DNA of 64,000 nucleotides from Trypanosoma brucei (GCA_000002445.1 CM000207.1:1344001-1408000); one strand, 5' to 3'; positions 22,101 through 31,684 are shown, counted from the first letter of the stretch. Numbers and translations are program-made. Notes: generated from the letters alone by a model not told the origin.

Positions 22101-23135
22101 AGAAATGCTAAGCCTTGTGCAGCTGGCCATCATATCCATATTCAGCGGGGAGCGCCGCAGGTGTGTGACGTAGCTGTGGCCACCAACGGAAACAAAAGCA
22201 GCGTAACGTAGCTGCTGCTTGTCAACATATAATTGGCAGCGTGGATGGGCGTAATCACTGACTTCGCCCTCTGGCACACGGAAGATCTGACTCTGGTAAC
22301 GCGTGTGAAGTGTTGCATCACGATCGTTCAGGGAAAAAATGATTTCCTGCATTGTAACACAAAATGGTGCAGCTGCAGACCGCGGCGGACCTCCGCCATG
22401 CACAGTTTTTTTATTGCTGCTGTCACCGTCCATATACGTCTGATCGAACACCGAAAGCGCCAATTCAACTGTCGGCGCTGACACAGCGCTCGTCACGCTC
22501 GCGGGGGACCCAACGGAACACCTCGCGACCGATACCACACGCTCGCTTTGAATGCATATGCAGTTGGGTATACCGAATGCTTCTTCCAACCTGAAGCGCC
22601 GCCATAGTTTTCCTTCAAGGGACCCAATTATCACATGCATATCACCCATGGGGGCGGCCAGCAGCGCAACAACCACAAGACCAGATGTCGTCTGCTTGAG
22701 ACACGATCGATGGATATGAAGTTGTGAGGTAAATCTTTTACCTTTATCATCAGCCGGTAGCAAAGGCGCGACAATAGTCTCGAAGTCTTCGCTATAATCC
22801 TTAGGAGAACCGACAAGGTGTGTCGGCTTTGGCACACTGTGTTCCATCATTGCGAGTCCAAGTTGCCGTCCCTTGTCGTGATGGAAAAACACAATCGTGT
22901 AGAGGCTGTCACATGCCGCGTCCACAACACGAGTGACGTACTTTCCTGCACCGTGTAAAGCCACGACCCCCTTTTTCTCGCGCCAAAAGCGCAGCTCGGC
23001 AACTTTTTCATCGAGAAACAGGACGTAAAGCTCCTCCCCTTGCTTTCTGAAACAGTCGATGATTCGTGTGCGGCCCGGCTTTTTTCCAGTGCCCATGCAC
23101 ATGGCTGCGGAGGGTGAGAGCGCTACCACATTCAT
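16161..23135 (-). CDS. Very large hypothetical protein (~2320-2359 aa): structured N-terminal half, Ser/Pro/Ala/Thr-rich low-complexity C-terminal half with a Cys/His cluster
   Basis: Single uninterrupted minus-strand ORF 16161..23240. The probable start is MNVVALSPS (ATG 23133-23135), preceded by a pyrimidine-rich tract on the minus strand. No confident domain call. The cluster HHRCKRHSGQRYRCAKHRTCDICGSRG could bind zinc. Confidence 0.7.
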   Translation of the reverse strand: MNVVALSPSAAMCMGTGKKPGRTRIIDCFRKQGEELYVLFLDEKVAELRFWREKKGVVALHGAGKYVTRVVDAACDSLYTIVFFHHDKGRQLGLAMMEHSVPKPTHLVGSPKDYSEDFETIVAPLLPADDKGKRFTSQLHIHRSCLKQTTSGLVVVALLAAPMGDMHVIIGSLEGKLWRRFRLEEAFGIPNCICIQSERVVSVARCSVGSPASVTSAVSAPTVELALSVFDQTYMDGDSSNKKTVHGGGPPRSAAAPFCVTMQEIIFSLNDRDATLHTRYQSQIFRVPEGEVSDYAHPRCQLYVDKQQLRYAAFVSVGGHSYVTHLRRSPLNMDMMASCTRLSISGIPRGVMWLSLPHPTGQESGSVDLVVLLSQDYRLYASEMFGGAFAVFADDNRTNNTVPFCLPSKLRGDTSLYSEGFACATHLLQVSNSEFVCTNGILSVGLRVTGLSVGEDIPRDVFSFLSSGEGGPERRAVSLARCLQFIDELAEEDEIGVLQAVFQKLLPMLQCAGSTQSEAFLVQRVFQGILAAAPPQEVEDWRLLWNVALLVQKMLAKRGRDNTVVYTDHFFISLLDCYAQCQGTEEEKERATERLLSVVSDELKLTWKSFARKLDDEVLFVLDNLAERIALPLAEECVRRMVSVTIMSDGTHVVSARANTSHIIHALGVVLLASCLDVEVFVDINEVGQLRCCTSRTASTAVLVSPSVTNESELFDYTLALSADLLCVSAPDTQQTPPCAAALLAMLSARRYHAMFTFVQVFALPMAQQMVELGSLNDNTSLLADCAASVSLTEAELFRRILSGTTPSHIMQVLCNGSVNDDNFNTSLWQCMGDVLSGELRALIIAAVLHAMTDRVIAAQNNYSASVMAALLLDEVKDPLRDVSVGTCRERLRILLLKLEKLWAAVEVWSPYKVGDVAACLVSANAAQHDAGSVFMQVSSGGSVVSRTFVLCFRLLGLVSFSYQSEDKVTELLQDLEDASSVVHACKELLHIINGLKGTSLPVEALQWRCVDVAKKSVETCTRNCGLATLLLEMLELSGVRSTTVASLSRYQHGVVDSLTKIQQSDGEGPHCQRPLEPLGRYEVATARSGNMKGTDYFIWSRGGGADVPDWPGSHDLESRRRLVNTDWVDAVWPLERTVEAHTECVEHTRKRIFSCCDSGSEPADELSPQLGAALFQQLCTISPPVRVHALMPSKTTEPVLQGPPSKESLSDAPAAIRSPASVSQPALPAASAEPLTPQKLTLQNEERLITDLSTASSLSRQTRVEVKPSSSQLYAAAPVRSTVSALFTPDYVAWWEADGAANVDAGSRPSSRAVRQDLNTLAESNTSYTTLTTEPSARHVDVDERSILNTRHSHHRCKRHSGQRYRCAKHRTCDICGSRGVSPSVYHAVLPRKRLVYPLNPSADEGGRAIRLLKFESTLEPPPLPSSMADSFPKQTAGRRLDLEDARIRALPQLLSLRSKPRVPHVTLFALGKINTACDQTLDNVGSSRRLAGLPQFSAPSASLAAPQSLLPPPVPPSDVFVRPPSLLTLHVPTAVSASPSPSVVNGKRVQCVVSSCTQEHEDKRIMDDEMLVPETTLFATESAEGPKVSAVTTGQIMELPTQGPTVAAPSSGVPPPLHNVADSANALPGKEVMVGLAGTTPVGTGDVAPSPAPLPTSVSKQAILTPSEAVAFNRYVDEIKMRGPGALGTSAGAVLVPVPVTVTANMAVPECVPAPTPMHPSAPASSLGQAPSTTAGGAMCVPVGMPSTEVKRDNEILDVVREMLVKHEEIQATNFQALMEAVRSKPQEFSSYPRAEVASDERSQVGLSAIEQAQLLRHTIQQKDRLLEMNQELLDIHSRAQRLAAAAPVVQAPRYTAMCVGQPVKVENDTMPLQPAPPPVVTLPLQSDTVSAQEKRAVESPAIIQTDPSSGAKENEDSVARSFPAPIGTVSPSTYPVSRGIPSTQTMDLTFSSLNQMNAELLRANTTAEDMERAIQQSRTLLQKQSSLQFAHASAVEGSAMLDVARSRTAALEQQLITLNAPSFWRIESTQRNDEQPACREQPSVCTNASSTAEGYITDEVNGTTSGSPSPTRFRFTNETTTEAEWLGSGQQRGSLVTRPSPQKQYQQTAEYTFDAQAGSDLAPSASPLAVSGSPVSFVTVVPTREVYPSDVPTWHEHKRAGAVSHTVATPLLALDSCLLQCQPRKSSTVPSVVADLSQLYGSAPSRPSEKPKSKSVSPAKRRVGIASGRPTNKPVPERFNMYAAVTAAKKTPNRRTASAKRTITPTNRPPWLGTGPAPASSGHMLKAGGANARYSRRERERLDTLALHTSKRLAELQKALS

Positions 23136-23419
23136 TTTCGTTTCTTCCAAAGGAAGAAGAGTAACGAACCAAAGTAAGTACGATGGGTGTCGACTTCGTT
23201 TTAAAAATAAATAAATAAAATCCAGATGAAAGCCTTGCACCGGTTGTGTGCACTTCTACGTGTGAATGGGAGAAGAGTCTGGCAGAAAGAAATGGGGAAA
23301 AAGCAAATGTAGGCGCATGTATACGTTAAGAACGGAACGACAAAATTAAAAGGGTGACCAATGATAACTGCGGATTACACGATTACTTCACTTTCGTGTT
23401 TGCCACCCAACCCACTATT

Positions 23420-23421
<2 letters not shown>

Positions 23422-23461
<40 letters not shown>
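23422..23461. repeat. (AC)20 microsatellite
   Basis: acacacacacacacacacacacacacacacacacacacac seen directly, between the large hypothetical gene and the CCA enzyme gene. Confidence 0.95.
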
Positions 23462-23463
<2 letters not shown>

Positions 23464-23475
23464 AGCTGCAAGAGG

Positions 23476-25083
23476 TTAGGAGGAACCTCCCTGTCTTAAC
23501 CAATGAATCATATCATCCTTCGAAGCCTGAGGATGCAACATGAGGTACTGACGCAGGGCGAGAAGCGCAGGCCCTATTTGCGGTGGTTCAAGTGGAACCA
23601 GTTTTGCCAGTTCGTTTCCCCTCAGAGGCAGCGGCCGTGAGAAGGCGTCAAGGAGTCCGGGTACCTGCTCTAGAGCCAACAGCAGGCGGTCAACAACACA
23701 CCCCGAACCCTCAACGTCACCGCCGGCCAGTAGATCACAACGATGCTCAATAAGGATAAAGGCTGCAAAGACTATGTTAAATGCTGATGGAATTGTCTTC
23801 TTGTCATTAAGGTCGTTTAATCCCTTAAATATCGCGAGCTTCGCTGCCGTTGTAACTTCGCCGTCGGAAATTTCACATACATTCAGTCCCTCCCTCTTTA
23901 GGGTGTTATAACACTCTATCATCCGCCGAACGGTGTTGTAGGACGACACTGGCAGTTTCAATCCGTTTACACATAAAGCGTACAGGCGGTCCTCAATCTG
24001 GCTTTGAGAAACTCCCCGATAAAAGCCCAAACAGCTAATGAAAATCATTGCAATCAGCTTGTCCGGTGAATCTGGTGAAAGTTGCACTTTCGAACCACTC
24101 CTTGAGAAAAGGGGGACCAATGTTCGGTTCAATGACAAGAGGCACTCAAGGCCAGTAGAGCCCGCCTCACCGTTGTAGGCCAGGTGTTCCGTTCGCTCCA
24201 CCTCGGCAGTAACACATCCCTTTTTACTGCTTTTGAGATGGAGCTCCACTAAAATGACCTCCCGAAGGAGGTTTAGTTCGTGAAGTGTTTCAATGCACTT
24301 CTCTGCGAATGGTCCTGAAAGCATTTTCACCAACTCTTTCCCCACACGTTCCCTTGAAACCTTCAAGGTCACCTTTTTCAACAACTCTTTGTCTACACAA
24401 CGAAAAATTGACTCATCCAACACAAACCCCAACTCACCTAACTGACCGACGAATCGAACGCCGCGGAGCAATCGCAGGGGATCATCAGTGAGTGTTTCCT
24501 TCGGGTCCAATGGGCAGCGAAGAATGCGGCGGTCCAAATCCTCCAACCCTGTAGTGTAGTCCTCCACTTCCTTAGTATGGAGATTATAGAAGAGCGCATT
24601 GACGGTGTAATCACGCCGTAAGGCATCCTCTACTGTGGTAGCTGGTCGGACAACCGGAATGCGTGAATCCGACCTGGTGTACTCATCGTGCCTAAGTGCG
24701 CAGAACTCTATTGGGGTATCATACACACACACTGTTGCTGTTTCAATGTGCTTCGATAGTTCGGGGTTCACACGAATCACGCTGACTGTTCGTGCTGTCA
24801 TCCCAAGCGCTTCCTGGTGGGAGGCGACTTCACGCGCGAAGAGTTCACCAGAGACGTGTCTTGTGGTAGCTGATTCAATAGCGATGTCGATATCTTGCGA
24901 GTGCAATCCGAGTAGGGAATCACGCACCCAGCCACCAGCAACGCGCAGAGTGGCGTTTATGTTTCGCTCTTCATTGACACGAAGTAGAAAATCAAATATT
25001 TTCTCGTGTGCCACTGCAACAGGTTTGCTCAATCTAACCTTCTTTGGTAGCAACATCACTGAAAAAAATAAAAGAAGAAACAA
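23476..25083 (-). CDS. CCA1: tRNA nucleotidyltransferase (CCA-adding enzyme), class II Pol-beta-like
   Basis: Head-domain motif GGWVRDSLLGLHSQDIDIAIE (GGxVRD...DxD), plus RRDYTVNALFYN and DPLRLLRGVRF, typical of CCA-adding enzymes and poly(A) polymerase head/neck. The true start is possibly MLLPKKV (10 codons in). Confidence 0.8.
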   Translation of the reverse strand: MFLLLFFSVMLLPKKVRLSKPVAVAHEKIFDFLLRVNEERNINATLRVAGGWVRDSLLGLHSQDIDIAIESATTRHVSGELFAREVASHQEALGMTARTVSVIRVNPELSKHIETATVCVYDTPIEFCALRHDEYTRSDSRIPVVRPATTVEDALRRDYTVNALFYNLHTKEVEDYTTGLEDLDRRILRCPLDPKETLTDDPLRLLRGVRFVGQLGELGFVLDESIFRCVDKELLKKVTLKVSRERVGKELVKMLSGPFAEKCIETLHELNLLREVILVELHLKSSKKGCVTAEVERTEHLAYNGEAGSTGLECLLSLNRTLVPLFSRSGSKVQLSPDSPDKLIAMIFISCLGFYRGVSQSQIEDRLYALCVNGLKLPVSSYNTVRRMIECYNTLKREGLNVCEISDGEVTTAAKLAIFKGLNDLNDKKTIPSAFNIVFAAFILIEHRCDLLAGGDVEGSGCVVDRLLLALEQVPGLLDAFSRPLPLRGNELAKLVPLEPPQIGPALLALRQYLMLHPQASKDDMIHWLRQGGSS

Positions 25084-25243
25084 AGAGGAATGATTTGCAC
25101 GAGAGTGGAAAGCAGCAAAGAGGAAATCCCTGAGGGACCGTCAAAAAAAGCCAAACCCACGTCATTCCACCTTCTGGGAGAAAAAACGTTGAATTTCGCA
25201 GCACCATTCATTCGGTGAGTGAAGTCACATACATGGGTGTCCT

Positions 25244-25804
25244 CTAACTTTCTTGCAGGCTCGCTGCCCTCAGTTTCTCCAACGCTTCGGCGTTCGCTTG
25301 AGCAAGGTCACGAAGCTTTACTCGCCACTTTACATCAATCTTTGTGTTATCAATAACCAAGGAACACACTCTAGGGTTATCCTCTAAAAGAGCATAAAGA
25401 CTAACCGCAGCACCTTCGCTGATGTAATTGTCAGAAACATTGAGACGCTCGAGCGTCGGGTGTTTCACCAGTGTAATGCATAAAGCCCGAATGGCATTGT
25501 TACGAAGGCCATTTTCGGCAAGGTTGAGCTCCTTCAGATTTTGGCACCGCTCCACAACAGCGAACAGAGGAAGAGCCCCCTTGTCACCCAGGTAGTTGGA
25601 GCTAACATCAATACTCTCAATTACCGTGCACGCAGTGTACTGGGAGAGGATATCAAGCATACCACTGTTCGGGCTTATACGGGATTCCACACATGCCTTT
25701 ACGTATACATCCCGCGGTGGAACCGGCCTCGGTCGGATGATCTTGCTACCTGTTTTCCTTAATGGCCTCGCGCTGCGGGGAGGCATTCGCTCCTTAACCC
25801 TCAC
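25244..25804 (-). CDS. Leucine-rich repeat (RNI-like) protein, 186 aa
   Basis: Repeated LxxLxLxxNxI/L units (LKELNLAENGLRNNAIRALCITL, LERLNVSDNYISEGAAVSLYALL). Confidence 0.55.
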   Translation of the reverse strand: MRVKERMPPRSARPLRKTGSKIIRPRPVPPRDVYVKACVESRISPNSGMLDILSQYTACTVIESIDVSSNYLGDKGALPLFAVVERCQNLKELNLAENGLRNNAIRALCITLVKHPTLERLNVSDNYISEGAAVSLYALLEDNPRVCSLVIDNTKIDVKWRVKLRDLAQANAEALEKLRAASLQES

Positions 25805-26193
25805 TGCCCCTCACGGTTGCGAAAGCACCCGCTCTTTGGGTGCAAATAGGAAATAAACAAAATTAAAGCAAAGCAAAGGCGATGAAGCAACGTCGCGGAG
25901 ATATGCAACACGAAAGCACATGAACACGTATGCACAAGCCTGAATGGGGTGCCACTGTCACCTTTCACTACAGGAAGAAAAATGATGCCCCGGGGGGGGG
26001 CATATGACCCTCAACCTCGTACTACGCTAGTTTCCAAGAGGGAGCAAGTATTTCCCAAACAAACGATACTTCACAAAGAAACAAAAAAAACCTACTGAAT
26101 ATGCGATTTGCCCTTCCCTTGGAATATACTGGTCGCTACGCCCATATCGTCTTCTGTCCCTGAACTACGGAGCCGCACTGCTGTCCATACATC

Positions 26194-26454
26194 TTAGTAC
26201 TTCCACCACAGGAACGGGGAATTGTCCTTCGACAATGTTCCCTTGCTATTCACGCACGGGTAGACGCGGTTCATTCCAGTCACCAGGGAGTACGAAGCGA
26301 AGACGCATCCAACAGCCGAAAATGCACAAAGGGCGTAAAAGCCCTTAAGCGTATTTGCCATCGTACGCTGGCCGCGGGCGAAAGTAGTTTGCTCATGACC
26401 CAATGGCTCCTTAATGAGTTGGTGGCCAAGACGGGAGTACGACCGACGAAGCAT
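26194..26454 (-). CDS. Possible small membrane protein (86 aa), speculative
   Basis: Minus-strand ORF in a 1.3 kb gap with one hydrophobic helix (FYALCAFSAVGCVFASYSLVTGM). No homology recognised. Confidence 0.2.
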   Translation of the reverse strand: MLRRSYSRLGHQLIKEPLGHEQTTFARGQRTMANTLKGFYALCAFSAVGCVFASYSLVTGMNRVYPCVNSKGTLSKDNSPFLWWKY

Positions 26455-27135
26455 TCTTCACTTTATCGTAGAAGGTGCAATAGTATGCCAATGTATATGC
26501 GCGTCTCCTACGTGCAATCACTATGGGGAAAAACCTAGCAGTTGTAATGTAAGTGCACAAATCTGCGAGTTTCGTGGACAAATAAAAAGAATGGGGGAAA
26601 CCAAGCGAGCTAAACATGTACACAACGACTTGGGATAGAAGGCGGTAACGCATTGCAAACATATATCATTTGTTTTCGTTTTACCTAATTCACACCTCTT
26701 TTCACGTACTTACACTTATTTATATGATTATGCCTCCTGAAAATTTACTGGGGGTTCGGTACAGGGCACGTTACACTTACTTTGCCTCGTACAACAAACA
26801 TGAGAAGAGGTGAAGTGATTCAATTGGTGTGGGTAAAAAACGGTATCGGTCAGCGCATAAGTGCGCGTGTACACATGTATATAATTCTCTTATTCTTATA
26901 TAAGGGTTCAAAAGAATCTGTGCGCCACAACCGTGGGTATTCCACAGTCGCCTAAAACAAACAAACAGAACCACAGCATTACACCACGCCATACAGCCTG
27001 GCTTGTGTTGGCATACTGTTGCACATGCGACGCCATCCTCTCCAGGCTCTCCGTTTTGGGCCAAGGCAAATAGAAAACGGGTCTCAAAATAAAAAAAAGT
27101 GGTTTTAACACATTATTTTTTCCTCTCCTCCTTCA

Positions 27136-30100
27136 CTAAACCGCTGAATCTATCAAACCTTCTCGTTCTTCTCCCGCAACAACAGCCAGTTGATCTATAA
27201 CCGTTGGCCAAAGAGTTATAGGGAGGCGTTTCTCTATCTTAAAGTAGCCTGATGGAGTCAACGCCTGATTCTTCAGTGCTTTGGCAAACCGCTCCTTCTC
27301 AGGAGTCCACAATGGATGGCGAGTTTCCACCGGCTTCGTCTCCAGTGGTTTAAGCTCCATTTGTTTCTGCGCCAAGATAAGAAACTCATCGTCGTCCCCA
27401 CCGAGTAAGTCAGCCCAGCTGGTCGGTTGTGCATTCTTCGCTGCCTCAGTTGCCGCACGCTCCTTGTTTGCAAGTGCCTCAGACCGGAGCTCGTTATAGC
27501 GCTGGAGGGCGTGCAGCTTGCTTTTTTTCGGGAGTGATTGATATTCTTCACGAATGAACTCTAGCAACGATCTCGTGTCCATCTCCTCCTTCGCCAGTGT
27601 TACATTGTCCCCTGAGTCAACGAGAATGGTCAGTAGCGTCGGGTAGAAAATATGACGGCCCGTCGTAAAATATTGAAAGGGCATGGTGGAAAGTATCTTT
27701 GACAGCAGTGACTTGCCCTTCCCCCAGGCAAAGATGTCCTGAATTTCTGGATCCTGTATGGAGAGGTAGCCTATCAAAAGTAAGCATTCGTGTAACGCGC
27801 CGCGCAGGTTATTTTGTTGGCGGTTTGTCACGGAAACCTTCCCGGACGTTGCACAACTAATGGCTTCCGTTCTGGCAAGCAGCGGCATTTGCTCTGCCGA
27901 CACACCAAACTTCAATGCCTCCTCAAATGAGCCTCCAACAGCACCACGGGCAGGATTTTCTTCCTTAATCGCTTCCAAGCTGTCTGTGTGAGATTGTACG
28001 TATGTAAAGAACCCGTTAAGCATATGGAACAACTCAGTTCTTGTGAACGTGTTCGACGACTCCGTGGGTATGGTATTAGAACCAGAATGAGCGCCCGTCC
28101 GCTTGTTGGTGGGGGAATCGTGAAGTAGTTCCTGCAGTGTTTCCAGATTCCACCTAGCGAGGCAGTTTAAGGCATTAAATGCAACACAAACTACGGTAAC
28201 CCGCCGAGCACTAAGCACTGGACTCAGCTCACTCAAGGAGCAGCCGTTGGGTGTTAATATATTCTGAAGAAGGGCAAAAAAAGAGGATGCTGCTTCTTGA
28301 ACCAAAGCAATTGGGCACCCACCCTTTCTACGATTCAATATGCTTATTTTCGAGCTCAGAATCCGCGTCGCGCTATGTGCGACATCTAAGTCCTCTTCAT
28401 CCGAGCACACTTTTACAACGGCGATGCAGTACTTTTCTATGTTGGTTGAGTCAAAACTGCTAAGCAACAGCTCTCTCACTGACGACAAACTGGTATCCGC
28501 TTGCACGGCTGACGTGACGCCTTCAAAACACAAGTGTAGTGCTTCGAGCATAGCGTCGAGCGGAACGGAACGTGACTGACGCTTCAAGCCCTTAATTTCC
28601 TCACTAATACACTGCAGGAGAGGGGCAAGATTACCCGAGCGAACAAAAGATACTATGTGCTTTCTCCCTTCATTTTTGTCTGCAAGAAAACGCAGAAGTG
28701 CCTCGTGTGCAAGCCGAAGAACAGACATGTTATTCGTCCGCCTCGATTCCAGTATTACGCCAATTATGTTTTCATACGCATTAAAATACCGCATGTATTC
28801 ATGGTCAGTATCCCCGAGGTCCGGCGCCTCTAGAATTTCCCGCAGCGATTGCCGGACCTGAGTCACAGGGGCTGGCGAAATGCCTGAGCCTAACCGGGAA
28901 ATAGTCAACTTCAACTTACTGCGGTTCAGGTCCTTTTGATCTATCAAGCTCTCCCTTTGATATTTATCGATAAAGCTCCTCCCCTGGCGCGTGATCATCG
29001 ACAATACTTTCAAAAACTTTTGCTCCATTTCCTCTCCCTCCTCCCGTGGAATGGTGGGCATCAACTCGGCAATTGTGAGCTTGGTGTCGGGTTCACGCTC
29101 CTTGCGCTGCCTCGCTTCCTTGATTTTTTGCTCCTGCTCCTCCAGTTTTTGCCGCAATTTCGTAATCTTTTCTTCACGGAGTTGGGCACTTTGTTGTATG
29201 CGTTCCTCAGCCTTTCTGCTCCGGGCCTCGGCTTCAGCGGAGGCTGCCCTTTGACGCTGTTGAACCTTTTTTTCCCATTCCTCAGCACGTTGTCCCTTCA
29301 TGTCCTTTTCTAGTTTCTTTTGCTCTTCAAGACGTCTTAGGTTCTCGCGTCTTTGCTGCTCTCTCTGTCGTTGCCGCTCCATACGTTCTTGGCCGAGGCT
29401 TCGTCTCCTCTCAGCAGCAGCGAGTATGGCTTCGTTTCGCTCCTGTGCCAATCGTTGGAGTTCCTCCCTTTTCTGCTCCTGGTTGTGTTCCACCTCTGAC
29501 ATTTTCCGATCAAGCAAAAGTACCTTCGCTTGGTGGCGCAACTCATTGTTGAGTCGCACCTCCTCAACACGAGAGATCCCTCGCCGCGCACGTTCCTTTG
29601 TCTGCTCCCTTGCCTCTTCAACGCGCCGGGCACCACTTTCGAGGCGTTCCATTGTGTCGATACGTAGCCGCTCCTCCGCCTGCCTGCGCCGCTCCTTTGC
29701 AAGTGCACCCCTCTCTTCAGCTGCCTCTAATTTCAGCTTCATCTCTTGAATTTTCTCTAACCGTTTTTCTTCCGCTATACGCTGCCGCTCCTCACTTCGA
29801 AGTGCTGACGCGTGTCTCGCCGCAAGAATCTCCTCGCGCTGCTGCTCCTCGTCGGCGATCGGCTTCGGTGAGATCTTCTTGTTCTTAACCAAACTTTGTT
29901 TCACAGCGCGTAGCCAGCCGCTAATTTCACGCTCTGGCTTCTCCTGTTCATCGGTGCCGGAACGCTCGGGTTTGGGACACTTCGCGTTTGATGTGTCGGC
30001 CTCAGCCTCCCGCTGCACCCTTTCGCATTTGGCAGCTTTGGCAACCTTCAATGCACGCAGCCCGTCCTCCACAACGTTGATAAAGTCATCCGCCGAAGAT

Positions 30101-30297
30101 GGTGCATTTTTGTCCTTTAGACAGATGGTTACCTCGGAAAAAATGGTTCGCAGTTTCTCCAAAAGAACAGATGGTGCAGTAACTGTATTGGTGAATACAA
30201 CGCGAGGCTGTGATTGGGTTGCAGCAACACTATTTATCATTCCCGACTTGGTATAGCCATTACCAGCACGTCCTCCGTTACTTCTTGCAGCTTTCAT
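27136..30297 (-). CDS. Large coiled-coil protein (1053 aa) with R/E-rich coiled-coil block and a structured C-terminal region (possibly SCAPER-like)
   Basis: A ~300 aa ER/K-rich coiled-coil (EERQRIAEEKRLEKIQEMKLKLEAAEERG...). The C-terminal ~600 aa are non-repetitive. The SCAPER resemblance is a weak recollection, not verified. Confidence 0.6.
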   Translation of the reverse strand: MKAARSNGGRAGNGYTKSGMINSVAATQSQPRVVFTNTVTAPSVLLEKLRTIFSEVTICLKDKNAPSSADDFINVVEDGLRALKVAKAAKCERVQREAEADTSNAKCPKPERSGTDEQEKPEREISGWLRAVKQSLVKNKKISPKPIADEEQQREEILAARHASALRSEERQRIAEEKRLEKIQEMKLKLEAAEERGALAKERRRQAEERLRIDTMERLESGARRVEEAREQTKERARRGISRVEEVRLNNELRHQAKVLLLDRKMSEVEHNQEQKREELQRLAQERNEAILAAAERRRSLGQERMERQRQREQQRRENLRRLEEQKKLEKDMKGQRAEEWEKKVQQRQRAASAEAEARSRKAEERIQQSAQLREEKITKLRQKLEEQEQKIKEARQRKEREPDTKLTIAELMPTIPREEGEEMEQKFLKVLSMITRQGRSFIDKYQRESLIDQKDLNRSKLKLTISRLGSGISPAPVTQVRQSLREILEAPDLGDTDHEYMRYFNAYENIIGVILESRRTNNMSVLRLAHEALLRFLADKNEGRKHIVSFVRSGNLAPLLQCISEEIKGLKRQSRSVPLDAMLEALHLCFEGVTSAVQADTSLSSVRELLLSSFDSTNIEKYCIAVVKVCSDEEDLDVAHSATRILSSKISILNRRKGGCPIALVQEAASSFFALLQNILTPNGCSLSELSPVLSARRVTVVCVAFNALNCLARWNLETLQELLHDSPTNKRTGAHSGSNTIPTESSNTFTRTELFHMLNGFFTYVQSHTDSLEAIKEENPARGAVGGSFEEALKFGVSAEQMPLLARTEAISCATSGKVSVTNRQQNNLRGALHECLLLIGYLSIQDPEIQDIFAWGKGKSLLSKILSTMPFQYFTTGRHIFYPTLLTILVDSGDNVTLAKEEMDTRSLLEFIREEYQSLPKKSKLHALQRYNELRSEALANKERAATEAAKNAQPTSWADLLGGDDDEFLILAQKQMELKPLETKPVETRHPLWTPEKERFAKALKNQALTPSGYFKIEKRLPITLWPTVIDQLAVVAGEEREGLIDSAV

Positions 30298-30553
30298 TGG
30301 TACCCTACCTCAAGAAAAAAAAAATATGGCAAATAACAGGAGTAGGATAAAACGAAGGTCAACATATGATGGCCAACGCAAAACAACAGCACATTTCAGG
30401 GATCAAAAAAGGAGGGAAATGAGGAAGTAACTGAAAAACTGGCACCCACGAACCTCTATATCAAACAAAAAAAAATTACACAAAGATAATCAGAATAACA
30501 AATAAGCAAAAAGTAGGTAACCAAAGTGTCCTATGGTATACTAAATTTTTTTT

Positions 30554-31684
30554 TCAAAAGCATTTGCTGTGTACGATGCTGGGTCCCGACTCGTCGTATT
30601 CACTCTTCGTTATCCACATCGACTGGAAGGTTGTTAGTGATGAGAGGATGGAACCGCCAATCCACACGCTATACTTGCGCTCCGGTGGTGCCACAACCTT
30701 AGGCTTGATCGATGACGGTGCAAGATTGCTGATCTCCTTTCCAAGTCGCTCAGGTAGGTTCTTGAACATCGTGGTACCGCCAGAGAGCACAATGTTGCCG
30801 TAGAGATCACGACGCACGTCAATGTCACACTTGTTGATGGACTGAAAGGTCATCTCATGGAACCCAGGAGCCTCATCAAGTCCAATGAGAGCAGGCTTAA
30901 ACAATGCCTCGGGACAGCGGAAACGCTGGTTCCCCACCTGCATAACATTGCCATCAGGAAGTTCGAACGGTTCTTCGCTGACAGATTTAGCACTGTTCGT
31001 CATCTCTTCGTCGAAGTCCAGTGCAACGTAGCATAATTGTTCCTTAATATTCCGCACGATTTCCTTCTCAGCGGAGGTGGTGAACGTCATACCAGTCTCC
31101 ATTAGGATCTTCATGAGATATTCCGTCAGGTCACGACCAGCCATGTCCACACGACGGATGGCATGAGGAAGAGAATAACCCTCATATATGGGCACAGTAT
31201 GTGTCACACCGTCACCAGCGTCGAGAACAATGCCAGTGGTACGGCCAGAAGAATACAGTGACAACACCGCCTGTATTCCGACGTACATGGCAGGTACACC
31301 AAATGTTTCAAACATAATCTGCGTCATTTTCTCACGGTTTTGCTTGGGGTTCATAGGCGCCTCAGTCAGTAGCACGTTGTGTGACTCAGGGTTGACGCGC
31401 AACTCGTTATAGAAGGTATGGTGCCAAACTTTTTCCATGTCATCCCAATTGGTCACAATTCCGTGCTCAATGGGGTACTTCAGCGCAAGCACACCACGTT
31501 TCGCCTGAGCTTCATCACCAACAAACAGTTTCTTGTTTGCACTTCCCATCATCGCTTGCTCATTTTTGGGGCGGCCGACGATGGATGGAAATACGTGGCG
31601 AGGAGCATCATCTCCGGAGAAACCCGACTTCACCATACCCGAGCCATTGTCACAAACTATAGCAGTTTGTTCCTCGTCCGACAT
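30554..31684 (-). CDS. ACT: Actin (376 aa), tandem copy 1 (stop codon TGA)
   Basis: Unmistakable actin sequence [40 protein letters not shown]...[10 protein letters not shown]. The ORF-track start is extended by 28 spurious codons. The true ATG is at 31682-31684. Confidence 0.95.
   Translation of the reverse strand: MSDEEQTAIVCDNGSGMVKSGFSGDDAPRHVFPSIVGRPKNEQAMMGSANKKLFVGDEAQAKRGVLALKYPIEHGIVTNWDDMEKVWHHTFYNELRVNPESHNVLLTEAPMNPKQNREKMTQIMFETFGVPAMYVGIQAVLSLYSSGRTTGIVLDAGDGVTHTVPIYEGYSLPHAIRRVDMAGRDLTEYLMKILMETGMTFTTSAEKEIVRNIKEQLCYVALDFDEEMTNSAKSVSEEPFELPDGNVMQVGNQRFRCPEALFKPALIGLDEAPGFHEMTFQSINKCDIDVRRDLYGNIVLSGGTTMFKNLPERLGKEISNLAPSSIKPKVVAPPERKYSVWIGGSILSSLTTFQSMWITKSEYDESGPSIVHSKCF

Noticed and set aside
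25370-25385. Telomere-like tagggtta string
   Set aside because: A single isolated hexamer inside a coding region (LRR gene). Not a repeat array.
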